From an uncultured Chlamydiae bacterium (lineage in GTDB: Bacteria > Chlamydiota > Chlamydiia > Chlamydiales > SM23-39), in the NCBI GenBank assembly GCA_963828125.1, contig CAWHDP010000002.1:1184001-1248000 (forward strand): a stretch of 64,000 bases of DNA. Direction: 5' to 3'. This document shows positions 9,457 through 19,472 of the stretch, piece after piece. The position numbers and the translations under genes are program-made. Numbering within the stretch: the first letter of the stretch is position 1; every line of letters starts with the position of its first letter. Below the pieces are notes generated by a model. That model worked only from the letters and a program-made list of their open reading frames with translations. It ran no database searches and was not told the origin of the DNA.

Positions 9457-10137
9457 ATGTCGATCGCCGAATCTAGTATGTATTACCCACATCATCATTC
9501 AGATGTTGAAAATGAGCAACAACAATCTGTGCGCTGTAAATTTACTAAAATTGATAAAAAAGATGTATTAGTTGATGAAATTAATACAGCATTATATTTA
9601 GGCCCTACATACAATTCTTTCAAAGATTTATTTAATAGAGAAAAATTTTTAGCAGAATTGGGTCGACAGAGAGGCTCATTTCAGATTCAATTTATTGATC
9701 CAAAGAATGAGAATATATATAGAGCTCAGATGCCTCCACAATTATTTAGCGTATTAAAACAAGATAGTTACGAAGCAATATTTATAGATCGATTAAGTAC
9801 ATTTACCAACAATCCCATAGAGCAGTCTCTTGTCGAATTTTTCACAACTCAAGCTTCATACACACACACTTTGTCGTTCACAATGAACGCATGCCAAGCA
9901 AACAGTCCGGATAAACATGCACTTTTTGATTCAACCTCCTTAAATTTGACCGTCGAAAAAAAAGAATCGCAGCTAATATTTACACATGTTTGCAATGGAA
10001 CAATCAGGTCGATGACGAATGACAAAAAAATTTATGAACGCATTCAGGCGACCGCCAAATTCATTTTTACCAAAAAGTCAGATTCAGACCCTTACCAGCT
10101 GGAAACCCCCTCCATTAAAATCGATCCTATCGACTAG
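9457..10137 (+). CDS. Hypothetical protein, AT-rich, paralog of 8490..9233
   Basis: Shared EIN.AL..GP, (Y/F)FTTQA, TH.C.GTI, IQ.TA...FT, YQL..P.I.I motifs. Confidence 0.78.
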   Translation: MSIAESSMYYPHHHSDVENEQQQSVRCKFTKIDKKDVLVDEINTALYLGPTYNSFKDLFNREKFLAELGRQRGSFQIQFIDPKNENIYRAQMPPQLFSVLKQDSYEAIFIDRLSTFTNNPIEQSLVEFFTTQASYTHTLSFTMNACQANSPDKHALFDSTSLNLTVEKKESQLIFTHVCNGTIRSMTNDKKIYERIQATAKFIFTKKSDSDPYQLETPSIKIDPID

Positions 10138-10182
10138 ACTACGGCCACCCCAAAAGTGTGAATTTGGGGAGGCCGCAGTATA
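10135..10182. repeat. Dispersed palindromic repeat, short form; its TAG is the stop of the upstream gene
   Basis: tagactacggccaccccaaaagtgtgaatttggggaggccgcagtata. Confidence 0.92.
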
Positions 10183-10186
10183 ACTT

Positions 10187-11026
10187 TCACTCGATTTCGT
10201 TCGGGGCGGTGATGAGCCGCTTCCCGTTCAGGGCGTTCCAGTAGCTGGTCATTTGGGAGCCGTCTGGATTCTGAACCACGATGCTATAGACGGGAAGAAA
10301 AATCTCTTTCGTGTTCCGAATCGCAAAATCGTTTCCAAAGGCTGCCTGGGCAGTATGCTCAATCTGCGAGGGGCGATACCTTTTTTTTACCCGAAGGGCG
10401 TGCTTGGTGGGTTTGGTGACAAGCCATTGGTCGATCTTGGTTTCGGGGATGACCTGCAGTTTCGGATTCTGCAGATGGAGCCGATAGGTGTTCCCATTTT
10501 GGACGATCAGGCTTTTTTTGCGGCAGCTATCGACCCAGGTGTCGAGGATATTGTTCTCGATGTTCAGGAATTTGGAAAGGCCGTCCCGATCCCAGGCGCC
10601 GCCTCGGGAGGCAAGCGCATTGATGATCTTGAACTCTTGGCGGGTGGCGTTCGAGGCGATGCAATCGGTAAAGCCGTGGGTCTTCTCCCAGGTGCCCGTA
10701 TTGATCACCATTTCGCCATCCACCAGCCCCCAAAGGATCACCCCTTCGCCCGTCTTATCGGTCGTTCGGATGTATTTTACATCCATCAATAAATAGGGGA
10801 CGAATTTCAAGGTGGGCTCCAAAAAGACGTGGTCGTTGTCTTTGAGGAGCTCTTTCCGGTGGGCGTCCATAATGCTTTCAGCTGAATAACGGACTTCCAG
10901 GGTTTGGAAGGTGGCTGAACTTAAAAGATCTTCCACCTTCATCCGGACTTTGGGTTGATAGGTCCAGGTCCAATATCCTCCCCCCGCAAGCACTAAAGCC
11001 ATAAGTCCTAAGAGCACTGTCCGCAT
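10187..11026 (-). CDS. Hypothetical protein with N-terminal membrane anchor, downstream of rho
   Basis: 279 aa ORF, GGAGG RBS, N-terminal TM helix; directly downstream of rho on the same strand. Confidence 0.85.
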   Translation of the reverse strand: MRTVLLGLMALVLAGGGYWTWTYQPKVRMKVEDLLSSATFQTLEVRYSAESIMDAHRKELLKDNDHVFLEPTLKFVPYLLMDVKYIRTTDKTGEGVILWGLVDGEMVINTGTWEKTHGFTDCIASNATRQEFKIINALASRGGAWDRDGLSKFLNIENNILDTWVDSCRKKSLIVQNGNTYRLHLQNPKLQVIPETKIDQWLVTKPTKHALRVKKRYRPSQIEHTAQAAFGNDFAIRNTKEIFLPVYSIVVQNPDGSQMTSYWNALNGKRLITAPNEIE

Positions 11027-11049
11027 ACTGCCTCCAAACTTCTTTTACG

Positions 11050-12369
11050 TTATTCTTTCATCGAAAGCAAGAATTCTGCGTTGGAGGCGGTTTTCTTGAG
11101 GCGCGCGCTGAGGAGTGTCATCGCGTCAAAGGGGGTGAGATCCCCAAGCCCTTGGCGGAGATGATAGATCTTCTCGAGCTCCGCTGGGTGGTAGAGGAGC
11201 TCTTCTTTCCGAGTGCCGCTCTTGATCAGATCGATAGCTGGCCATACTCTCCGATCGGCGAGGCGCCGGTCGAGGACGAGTTCCATATTGCCCGTTCCTT
11301 TAAATTCCTCGAAAATCACTTCGTCCATACGGGAGCCGGTGTCGATCAACGCAGTCGCGATGATGGTGAGAGACCCCCCCTGCTCTACGTTGCGGGCTGC
11401 GCCAAAAAAACGTTTCGGCTTGTGAAGCGCATTGGCGTCGACGCCGCCAGAGAGAATTTTGCCAGAATGGGGTTGGACGGTATTGTAAGCGCGGGCCAGG
11501 CGGGTCAGGTTGTCGAGGAGAATGACGACGTCGTAGCCGCATTCGACGAGCCTCCGCGCTTTCTCGATGGCCATCTCGGCGATTTGGACGTGCCTTTCGG
11601 GAGGTTCGTCAAAGGTCGAGGCGATCACTTCCCCTTTGACTGTCCGGAGCATGTCAGTCACCTCTTCGGGCCGCTCGTCGATGAGGAGCACCATGAGGAA
11701 AACTTCAGGATTGTTCACTTCGATCGCATTCGCGATGTGCTGCATAAGGATCGTTTTCCCCGATTTCGGCGGAGCGACAATGAGGGCTCTTTGCCCTTTG
11801 CCAATCGGAGCGGCAAGGTCAAGCACACGGGTCGAGATCCTCTCACGGGTCGTCTCCATGACAAGCCGTTTGTTCGGATAGAGCGGAGTGAGGTTCTCGA
11901 AAAGAACCCGGTCGCGGGTCTGCTCAAAGGTCTTCCCGTTGATCTTGTCGACCCGGAGCATCGCAAAGTATTTTTCTTTTTCTTTCGGCGAACGGATGGT
12001 CCCAAAGAGAGTGTCCCCCTTCCGAAGATCAAAACGGCGGATCTGGGCGGGCGAAACGTAAATATCTTCCGTCGAAGGGAGGTAGTTATAGTAGGGCGAA
12101 CGGAGGAAGCCAAAGCCGTCAGGGAGAACTTCGAGCACCCCTTCGCCAAACAAAACCTCGTTCGGCCGTTCAGAAATCGTTTTCACAATTTCAAATACAA
12201 CGCCCGATTTGGGAAGGGAGGCAGTGTGCTTGAGACCAATATTCCGCGCATAGCTCTGGAGCTGGTCGATATTCATCCTTTGCAAATCGGCTATCTTGGT
12301 CACAGTTTCGAAATCGGCAGGGGGGCGGTGTTTATCTGAATTCTGCGGCTCTGTTTGCTGATCGTTCAT
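11050..12369 (-). CDS. rho: Transcription termination factor Rho
   Basis: [58 protein letters not shown]. Confidence 0.99.
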   Translation of the reverse strand: MNDQQTEPQNSDKHRPPADFETVTKIADLQRMNIDQLQSYARNIGLKHTASLPKSGVVFEIVKTISERPNEVLFGEGVLEVLPDGFGFLRSPYYNYLPSTEDIYVSPAQIRRFDLRKGDTLFGTIRSPKEKEKYFAMLRVDKINGKTFEQTRDRVLFENLTPLYPNKRLVMETTRERISTRVLDLAAPIGKGQRALIVAPPKSGKTILMQHIANAIEVNNPEVFLMVLLIDERPEEVTDMLRTVKGEVIASTFDEPPERHVQIAEMAIEKARRLVECGYDVVILLDNLTRLARAYNTVQPHSGKILSGGVDANALHKPKRFFGAARNVEQGGSLTIIATALIDTGSRMDEVIFEEFKGTGNMELVLDRRLADRRVWPAIDLIKSGTRKEELLYHPAELEKIYHLRQGLGDLTPFDAMTLLSARLKKTASNAEFLLSMKE

Positions 12370-12387
12370 GGAAGGGTTGACTCCAGT

Positions 12388-12990
12388 CTAATGTTTATGA
12401 AGAATGCGATCCAGCTTGACGACCTCATCGCGAAGCGCGTCCAGCGAACCATTGTTGATGATGACATATTGGGATTTGGCTGCTTTTTGTTCTGGCGTTA
12501 ACTGCCGTTTCATGCGCAGATCGTATTCCGTTTTTTGAAATCCCGCTCGCTCAAAGCGCCCTTTGGCCAAGGACTCCTCTGAAAACACAGCGACTACCAC
12601 ATCGTAAAAGGTCTCGGCGCCAATCTCGAACAACAAGGGAATTTCCACCACAAAGGAAGAATAGGATCCCTCATTGCAGGCCGCAGCGTACAACTCCTTA
12701 ATTCTTCGGAGCACTGCAGGATGAAGCAACTCCTCTAACTCCTTGAGTCGATCCGAATCCTTGAAGGCCTTGTCAGCAATTGCCCTGCGGTCTATCTGTC
12801 CACTTTCGAGAATATCAGGGCCAAATTGTTGGACGATTCGCTGACCTAGATCAGTGTCGGTCTTCAGAAGCTCATGGACGATCGCATCCGCGCTCACCAC
12901 ATACGCTCCCAGCTCCCCAAGGAGCCGACAAACGGTCGATTTCCCGCTTGCTATACCGCCTGTGATAGCAATTTTCTTCAATTTTAACAT
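12388..12990 (-). CDS. coaE: Dephospho-CoA kinase
   Basis: IAITGGIASGKST, LLHPAV, EIPLLFE, INNG; ATG 12990 overlaps the polA stop. Confidence 0.96.
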   Translation of the reverse strand: MLKLKKIAITGGIASGKSTVCRLLGELGAYVVSADAIVHELLKTDTDLGQRIVQQFGPDILESGQIDRRAIADKAFKDSDRLKELEELLHPAVLRRIKELYAAACNEGSYSSFVVEIPLLFEIGAETFYDVVVAVFSEESLAKGRFERAGFQKTEYDLRMKRQLTPEQKAAKSQYVIINNGSLDALRDEVVKLDRILHKH

Positions 12991-15617
12991 TCGGCCCAAT
13001 TTTTGCCAACAGCCATGTGCACTTCGATCGGAACATGGAGCGTTAAAACCCCTTCCATTTTTTCTTTGACGATCTGCATGAAAATCGGAATTTCGCTATC
13101 GGGAATTTCAAAAATTAATTCGTCATGAATCTGGAGAATCATTTTACCGGCGAGTTTCTGCTCCCGAACCACTCTATCGATGGCAATCATGGCGATTTTA
13201 ATCAGATCGGCAGCGGTCCCTTGCAGCGGAGTATTGGTGGCGAGCCGCTCGGCTGCAGCGCGGATCATCGGGTTTTTGTTGTAGATTTCCGGAATGGGAC
13301 GCTGTCTGCCGGTGAGGGTTGTCGAATAGCCGCACTTGCGCACTTTGTCTATGCTCTCCTCGAGGTATTGCTCGACAGCCGGATAACGCTCAAAATAGGT
13401 TTTAATGAAAAGGGCGGCCTCTTTTTGAGAAATGTTCAGCTGTTTGGAGAGGCCGAAGGGGCTCTGTCCGTAAACGATGCCGAAATTAACGGTCTTTGCG
13501 ACTTTTCGCATCTCCGGCGTCACATCGCTTTCGGGAAGGCCATAGATCAATGAAGCGGTGTGGACGTGGATATCTCGGCCGGTCTTGAAGGCGCGGGAGA
13601 GCTCTTTGTCTTGACTGAAGTGGGCAAGGAGGCGGAGTTCGATTTGGGAATAGTCGGCCCCCAAAAAACTGCATCCTGGCTTCGGCTTGAAGCAGGAGCG
13701 GATTTTGGAGTGGAGCGGAATATTCTGCAAGTTCGGATCTTGGCAAGAGAGGCGCCCCGTCGCTGCGACAGATTGGTTGAAAGTGCAGTGAATTCGGCCG
13801 GAAACGGGATGGACGGCGTGGGGCAGAGCCTCCACATAAGTGGAGCGGAGTTTTTCCAGGGTCCGGTAGGCGAGGATCTCTTTGACGATTGGGTGCTCGT
13901 CGACGAGCTCTTCAAGAATCTCCGCGCTCGTCGAGGCGGTTTTCCCTTTCAGCCCTAATTTTTCATAGAGAATGGCGCTGAGCTGTTTGGGAGAATTGAG
14001 ATTGAACTCTTCCCCTGCGAGTTGATAAATGGCTGTTTTAATCTGGTTCAATTCCCGGACAATCCCCTCCCCTTCTCGCGAGAGCTCGGCCAGATCGAGA
14101 TAAATCCCCGTCGTCTCCATTTCGGCTAAAATGGGAAGGAGAGGAAGTTCGACGTCGGTTAAAATCGGCATCAATTTTTTCGCCTTTAGCTCCCGTTCAA
14201 ACAGCTCTTTCAACCGGGTCGTGTAATCGATGTCTTCACAGCAATAGTCTTTCACTTTATCTCTCGGGACGTCGCGCATCGAGATCTCTTTTTTCCCCTT
14301 CCCAATCAGACTTTCAATGGGGATTTTCACCTTTTGAAATTTTTCTAAGGTCAGATCGTCGAGGCCGTGGCGCCGATTTTGCGGCTCGAGGAGATAGGAG
14401 GCGAGAAGGGTGTCGAATGAAATCGACCGAAGCGGCATGCCGACGTTTTGGAGGATGTGATAGTCGTATTTGATATGATGTCCGTAAAAACTACACTCTG
14501 CGGAGCCAAAGAACGGCCGGAGCGCCTCGAGGACTTTTTTTTTCCCGAGATCCCCATTGAGCGGCACATACCAAGCCTCGCCCGGCTCCACCCCAAACCC
14601 GATCCCAACCAAGTGGGCTAAAAGCGGGGAAATATCGGTCGTCTCCGTGTCGATCCCCACCTCTTTTTCCTTCGACAACCTCGCTAAAAGAGCAGTCAAA
14701 CCAGCCTCGTCGTCGATTAAATGGTACTCTCTCCGATCTACATGTAAAGCCGCTTTACATGTTGGCGCGCTCATCTCACGGATAAGCGAATTGAATTTCA
14801 TCGTTTGAAAAAAATCGACGAGCTCCTTCTGATTCCCCTCTTTCAGCCGGTAGAATTCGATCTCTTCAGGGATCTCGACTCGAGTATGGAGCGTTGCCAA
14901 TTCCCTGCTCATGAGGGCCTCTTTTTGCTGGGTCCGTAAAATCTGTTGTTTTTTCTCTCCCTTCACCTTTTCTGGGTGAGTCAAGATGGCGTCGAGGGTG
15001 CCGAACTCCTGCAGTAACGAGGCGGCCGTTTTGGGGCCGAACCCCTCCAAGCCGGGAATGTTGTCCGACGCATCGCCCATCATGGCCAATAGATCGAGCA
15101 TTTGGTCGGGGCGAACCCCGAAAAGCTCTTTCACTTTCTCTCCGTTGACGATCAGGTTCTCTTTGTGGATTTGGAGCAAAAAAATGTGGTCATTGATGAG
15201 CTGCATGAGATCTTTGTCGCTAGAGCAGAGGAACACATCGGCCCCTTGTTTTTCAGCCCAAAGGGCCACCGTGGCCATCGTGTCATCGGCCTCGACCCCT
15301 TCGACGCAAAGGACCGGTATCCCTGCGAGCTGGCAATACTCGTAGGCCCAGTCGAATTGGGGGAAGAGATCTTCTGGAGCCCCTTTGCGGTGCATTTTAT
15401 ATTCGGCGTAGACCGCTTGCCTCGCTTTTTTGTTATCGGGTCCGTCGAAGACGGCCACAAAGTGGGTAGGCGAGAAATCGCGGATGAGCTTTTGCACGGA
15501 GCGGACAAAACCGAAAAGGGCGCTCGTCGATTGGCCCTTGTCGTTCAACATAGGGCCAATCGCGTAGTAGGAGCGGAAGAGGTAATTGACAGCGTCGAAG
15601 ATGTAGATTTTTTTCAT
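12984..15617 (-). CDS. polA: DNA polymerase I
   Basis: 5'-3' exo GDASDNIPG, 3'-5' exo DTETT, polymerase DYSQIELR, KTVNFGIVYG, QIHDEL. Confidence 0.99.
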   Translation of the reverse strand: MKKIYIFDAVNYLFRSYYAIGPMLNDKGQSTSALFGFVRSVQKLIRDFSPTHFVAVFDGPDNKKARQAVYAEYKMHRKGAPEDLFPQFDWAYEYCQLAGIPVLCVEGVEADDTMATVALWAEKQGADVFLCSSDKDLMQLINDHIFLLQIHKENLIVNGEKVKELFGVRPDQMLDLLAMMGDASDNIPGLEGFGPKTAASLLQEFGTLDAILTHPEKVKGEKKQQILRTQQKEALMSRELATLHTRVEIPEEIEFYRLKEGNQKELVDFFQTMKFNSLIREMSAPTCKAALHVDRREYHLIDDEAGLTALLARLSKEKEVGIDTETTDISPLLAHLVGIGFGVEPGEAWYVPLNGDLGKKKVLEALRPFFGSAECSFYGHHIKYDYHILQNVGMPLRSISFDTLLASYLLEPQNRRHGLDDLTLEKFQKVKIPIESLIGKGKKEISMRDVPRDKVKDYCCEDIDYTTRLKELFERELKAKKLMPILTDVELPLLPILAEMETTGIYLDLAELSREGEGIVRELNQIKTAIYQLAGEEFNLNSPKQLSAILYEKLGLKGKTASTSAEILEELVDEHPIVKEILAYRTLEKLRSTYVEALPHAVHPVSGRIHCTFNQSVAATGRLSCQDPNLQNIPLHSKIRSCFKPKPGCSFLGADYSQIELRLLAHFSQDKELSRAFKTGRDIHVHTASLIYGLPESDVTPEMRKVAKTVNFGIVYGQSPFGLSKQLNISQKEAALFIKTYFERYPAVEQYLEESIDKVRKCGYSTTLTGRQRPIPEIYNKNPMIRAAAERLATNTPLQGTAADLIKIAMIAIDRVVREQKLAGKMILQIHDELIFEIPDSEIPIFMQIVKEKMEGVLTLHVPIEVHMAVGKNWAEC

Positions 15618-15624
15618 TACATAG

Positions 15625-16677
15625 TCAATTGCCCATCGGTTGATACAGGTAGGCGATTTGGTCCCGGATGGCGCTCGCCCCTGTGTCGATGGTGTGTTCT
15701 ATTTGGCCGGTGATGAGGGGCGATTTCGAATTAAATAAGCTAGATAGCCACTCATTTTTCGGTTCGAGTTCGATCACTTGATACGTTTTGCCGGGATCGA
15801 TATTGGCCTCTTTCAAGAGAGCTAAGAGGGCGTCATTTCTGCCGACGCCTGCCACATCGACATAGCCGAGTCTTTGGGCTGTGACTGGATCGAACACTTT
15901 CGCGCCATATTCTTGGACCAATTTGGTTTTGTCCATTTGAGGGCGTGCAGCGGCTACGATATCGACGAACCGTTGATAAAAATAGGCGGTCACGGCCTTC
16001 AATGAGGCGTCCTCATCGGGTTTCCATGTGCGGAAAGGGCTCATCATGTCTTTGTCCAACCCTTCGGTGATCGTCTGGGAAGCGACCCCGATCTTATTCA
16101 TCGCTTCGACCATGTTGAAAAAGGGGCCGATAATCACGCCGATAGAGCCGATGATGCTCGCAGGGCCGGCGTAGATTTGATCGGCAGCGCAGCTGATGTA
16201 CATGCCGCCGGATGCGCAGAGGCCATCGACGTAGGCGAAGACGGGGACTTTATAGCGGGCCTTGTACTCGTTTAGCATCCGGTAGATATTATCTGCTCCG
16301 ACGACAGTCCCGCCTGGAGAGTCCATATGGAGTAAAATCGCTTTGACCCGCCCCTCTTTGAGGGCGCCGGTGCGCGAATCGAGGAGAATATGTTCCACGC
16401 CATCGGAATCGATGCCGGTTTTAGAATCGCCGATCACTCCATGGACATTGATTTGGAGGACGACAGGAGAAGTGGAGGAGGTCTCCCTATTTCCTTTGGC
16501 GTCGGGGAGGTACTTGATATTCGTTTTGGCCTGGGTGGGAGAATCGGTAGTTCCGGCCATCGAACTGTAGACAAGAGCCATGAGGATGAGGGCAAGGAAG
16601 ATTCCGCATATGGCAAAGAACATTCGGCAAAAGGATCGGATCGCTGAGACGAAGATAGACTCACGTTGAATTTCCAT
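15625..16677 (-). CDS. sohB: S49 family peptidase (SppA/SohB-like)
   Basis: DSPGGTV, CASGGMYI, IGSIGVI; N-terminal TM helix. Confidence 0.88.
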   Translation of the reverse strand: MEIQRESIFVSAIRSFCRMFFAICGIFLALILMALVYSSMAGTTDSPTQAKTNIKYLPDAKGNRETSSTSPVVLQINVHGVIGDSKTGIDSDGVEHILLDSRTGALKEGRVKAILLHMDSPGGTVVGADNIYRMLNEYKARYKVPVFAYVDGLCASGGMYISCAADQIYAGPASIIGSIGVIIGPFFNMVEAMNKIGVASQTITEGLDKDMMSPFRTWKPDEDASLKAVTAYFYQRFVDIVAAARPQMDKTKLVQEYGAKVFDPVTAQRLGYVDVAGVGRNDALLALLKEANIDPGKTYQVIELEPKNEWLSSLFNSKSPLITGQIEHTIDTGASAIRDQIAYLYQPMGN

Positions 16678-16725
16678 GAAAATTTTCCCTTAAGTGGATT
16701 TAATTTTAGCCTACCTGAAAGATCC

Positions 16726-17235
16726 CTAAAATGAAAGCTTTGTGGAAGTTTTTGTTTGAAGTAGTTCGAGAAAAGCGAGAAAGCCCATCACTGCAAAGCT
16801 GAAAAAGACATACCAGGGAAAAGAGAGATCTAATACGACGCCGATCAGAATGATGAACTGGAGCGCTGTCGTCATTTTGCCCCAGCGGATGGCCCTGAAG
16901 ACAATCATTTTCCATCGACCCATGGCGACCATCAGGAGGCCGTAGAGACAGACAAAAAAATCGCGGGAGAGCATGGCGGCTATTTCCCAAGGGATTAGCT
17001 TATTTTCGAGAAAGAGGACAATCATTGCAAAATAGACAAAAAACTTATCCATGGCTGGATCGAGGATGGCGCCGAATCGGCTCGCCGATTGGCTCCTTCT
17101 CGCCAAATACCCGTCGATGCTATCTGTGACCATGGCCAAAATAATGGCGATGATCCGGATCGTGCAGTTATCCTGTAGAAACAGGAAGGCGAGAGGGGCC
17201 CGGATAAAAGAGAGGCTATTTGACGCATTCAGCAT
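16726..17235 (-). CDS. pgsA: CDP-alcohol phosphatidyltransferase (PgsA-like)
   Basis: TDSIDGYLARR...FGAILDPAMDK, GKMTTALQ. Confidence 0.88.
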   Translation of the reverse strand: MLNASNSLSFIRAPLAFLFLQDNCTIRIIAIILAMVTDSIDGYLARRSQSASRFGAILDPAMDKFFVYFAMIVLFLENKLIPWEIAAMLSRDFFVCLYGLLMVAMGRWKMIVFRAIRWGKMTTALQFIILIGVVLDLSFPWYVFFSFAVMGFLAFLELLQTKTSTKLSF

Positions 17236-17249
17236 TGATCGGAAGGGCC

Positions 17250-17858
17250 TTAAGTGGCAGCTTTTTTCTTTCTCTTATACCAAATAAGGGCAATTACTGC
17301 GACAGCAAAGGCTGAGAAAAGCAAAATATTGAATATTTTGAGCGAGGAGAGGAGGGTTTGATAATTTTTCCCGACGGCGAAGGCGAGGGTGAAAAGGGCC
17401 GTATTCGAGAGGAGGCACGCGATCCCGTCGCTGAGGATGAATTTGCCGAAGGGCATTTTGCCAAGTCCGGCGCTTAAAAAGAGGCCATTGCGGACTCCGA
17501 AGGGGATAAAACGGCCAATAACGAGGGTCCAAAAGCCGTATTTGGCATAGTAGGCCTGTATTTGATCGATTCTTTTTCGATCGAACGTCTTGGCGAACCA
17601 GGCCATATGCCAGAGCTTAGGGCCGAAGCGGCGTCCCACCCAATAGCAGACCCAATCGGAGAGGTAGGCCCCCAAAAAAAGGGCTAGAAAAAGTTTATAG
17701 GTATTTTCAGGGACGACCGTAGCTGCCAGGACGGCGCTGAAGATGATCATGAGATCTTCGCTGATCGGGACATTGAGCCCGGCCAGCATCAGGGCGCCAA
17801 AAACGATCCAGTGGGCGTATTGAGCATGCTCGAATAAAAATTGAATCACTATGTCCAT
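17250..17858 (-). CDS. dedA: DedA family membrane protein
   Basis: VPISED, GAYLSD..CYWVGR, YG.WT..IGRFIP. Confidence 0.9.
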   Translation of the reverse strand: MDIVIQFLFEHAQYAHWIVFGALMLAGLNVPISEDLMIIFSAVLAATVVPENTYKLFLALFLGAYLSDWVCYWVGRRFGPKLWHMAWFAKTFDRKRIDQIQAYYAKYGFWTLVIGRFIPFGVRNGLFLSAGLGKMPFGKFILSDGIACLLSNTALFTLAFAVGKNYQTLLSSLKIFNILLFSAFAVAVIALIWYKRKKKAAT

Positions 17859-17897
17859 TTAGTTCTTACAAATAGGAAAAGAACCTTTTTGTAAAGA

Positions 17898-19397
17898 TTA
17901 ATAAGTCACGGTTTGCGGTTTGGTCAGGCTATCGAAGCGCTTGCCCAAAGAGACCGCGGAGAAAACCCAGGCGATCACGACGACGAAGAAGATGACAGCG
18001 ACATAAGGCGTGCTGGCCGCCACAGTGGAGAAAATCAGCAGCAGAGACTGGTGAATCACAGAACCGCCCGATTTGCCGATCCGAGAGCCGACCCCATCGA
18101 TCGCCGCTTTCCCCTTTTGCTTTGATTCCTGATTCAGGGGGATGAAAGCGATTTCTTTAGTCGCATCGAAGATCGTATATTTTGAGGCCCTCCCTAAACA
18201 GTTCTGGAAGCCCCCCAGGGCGACGCTGAGGGCGAGCGGGGTCGACCCCATGGCGGCGGCGATCCAGGTGAGACCCGAATTGGGGAAGAGGACTAAAAGG
18301 AAGAAGGCGACCCCCGTGACGAGCATAATCGTCGCTGGAATGAGGGCGTTGAAAGTCCATGAAAACCTCCGGATCACAAAAGCGGTCACAATTGCGGTAG
18401 CGGTCGCAATGATCCCCATGAGAGTCATGACCTCTCCCATGTAGATATTGTATCCGCTCGGATCCGGGTAGAGCTGTTTGATCTGGTTTTTCCAGACGAC
18501 TTCGATCAAATTGATGGAGATGTTGTAAGTCAAGACGATGAGAGCGATGCAAAGCAAATATTTGGATTTAGCGAGATAGGCAAAATTTTTCCGCATAGAC
18601 ATTTGAATTTTTTCCGGAGGGGCATAACGCTCATTTTGCCGGATCACGTTGTGGTTGAGCCAGCGGTAAATGCCGATTGTTAAAACGCCGGCAAAGATGA
18701 TGAGGCAATTCAAGAAAAGAATCGACTGATCCCAGCTACATTTTCCATACGGGAGATAAGGGAGGAATGTATTGGCCGAAAGGTAGACCGACGCCTGCCC
18801 TGAGATGATCCCTGCGATATTGGCCCCGATCATGAGGAGGCCGTAATACCGTTTAGCCTCGCCCACATGGGTCACTTCATTGGCAAATCCCCACCACAGC
18901 ACGCTTAAAATCGCAGTCCCCCACAGCTCTGACATGACATAGAACAGGGTGAAGGTCCAATTGCGAAACATGGCGATTAAACCGTTAAATCCTTTAGGTA
19001 GAAGAGCTTGCACCTTATCTGCAAGATCGGTTGGGTGGAGGTATTCCTGTGCGGGGAAGAGGACGAAAGTGAAGATCAAGAAGAAACCGAGGAAGACAGA
19101 CATCATGATATAGAACACTTTTTCACGGCTGAACCGGTTACAGAGGCGGGTGAAGAGGTAGGTGAGGAGAAGAGCCCCTGGCAGGATAGCCCACACCTTG
19201 ATGAATGGGATGGCCTCAGCGCCAGAATGGGGGGCGGTTACGACAAGAGAATCTTTACAAGCGCGGAGGGCATTATAGTTAAAGGAGATGAGGAAGAACA
19301 TGAAAAACATGGGGATGAATTTTTTGAGTTCCCCACGGTGAATCGGCCAGAAGAAGGATCTCCATTTCCCAAAATGATCGGGGCTAACTTCCTTCAT
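17898..19397 (-). CDS. NTT/Tlc-family nucleotide (ATP/ADP or NTP) translocase
   Basis: LR..KDSLVV, GAEAIPFIKVW, FYVMSELWG, WGFANE, KGKAAIDGVGSRIGKSGG; start 19397 or 19433. Confidence 0.95.
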   Translation of the reverse strand: MKEVSPDHFGKWRSFFWPIHRGELKKFIPMFFMFFLISFNYNALRACKDSLVVTAPHSGAEAIPFIKVWAILPGALLLTYLFTRLCNRFSREKVFYIMMSVFLGFFLIFTFVLFPAQEYLHPTDLADKVQALLPKGFNGLIAMFRNWTFTLFYVMSELWGTAILSVLWWGFANEVTHVGEAKRYYGLLMIGANIAGIISGQASVYLSANTFLPYLPYGKCSWDQSILFLNCLIIFAGVLTIGIYRWLNHNVIRQNERYAPPEKIQMSMRKNFAYLAKSKYLLCIALIVLTYNISINLIEVVWKNQIKQLYPDPSGYNIYMGEVMTLMGIIATATAIVTAFVIRRFSWTFNALIPATIMLVTGVAFFLLVLFPNSGLTWIAAAMGSTPLALSVALGGFQNCLGRASKYTIFDATKEIAFIPLNQESKQKGKAAIDGVGSRIGKSGGSVIHQSLLLIFSTVAASTPYVAVIFFVVVIAWVFSAVSLGKRFDSLTKPQTVTY

Positions 19398-19472
19398 ATA
19401 TCCATTCTCAGGTTTTTTGTATGCCCCCAGCATCGCATATTTGGGTATTTAATCAAACGGGGAAGAATGAAA

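Noticed and set aside
11152..12339. 395 aa plus-strand ORF
   Set aside because: Antisense shadow of rho with no recognisable motifs; the same applies to 10253..10792, 38926..39762 and 51027..51734
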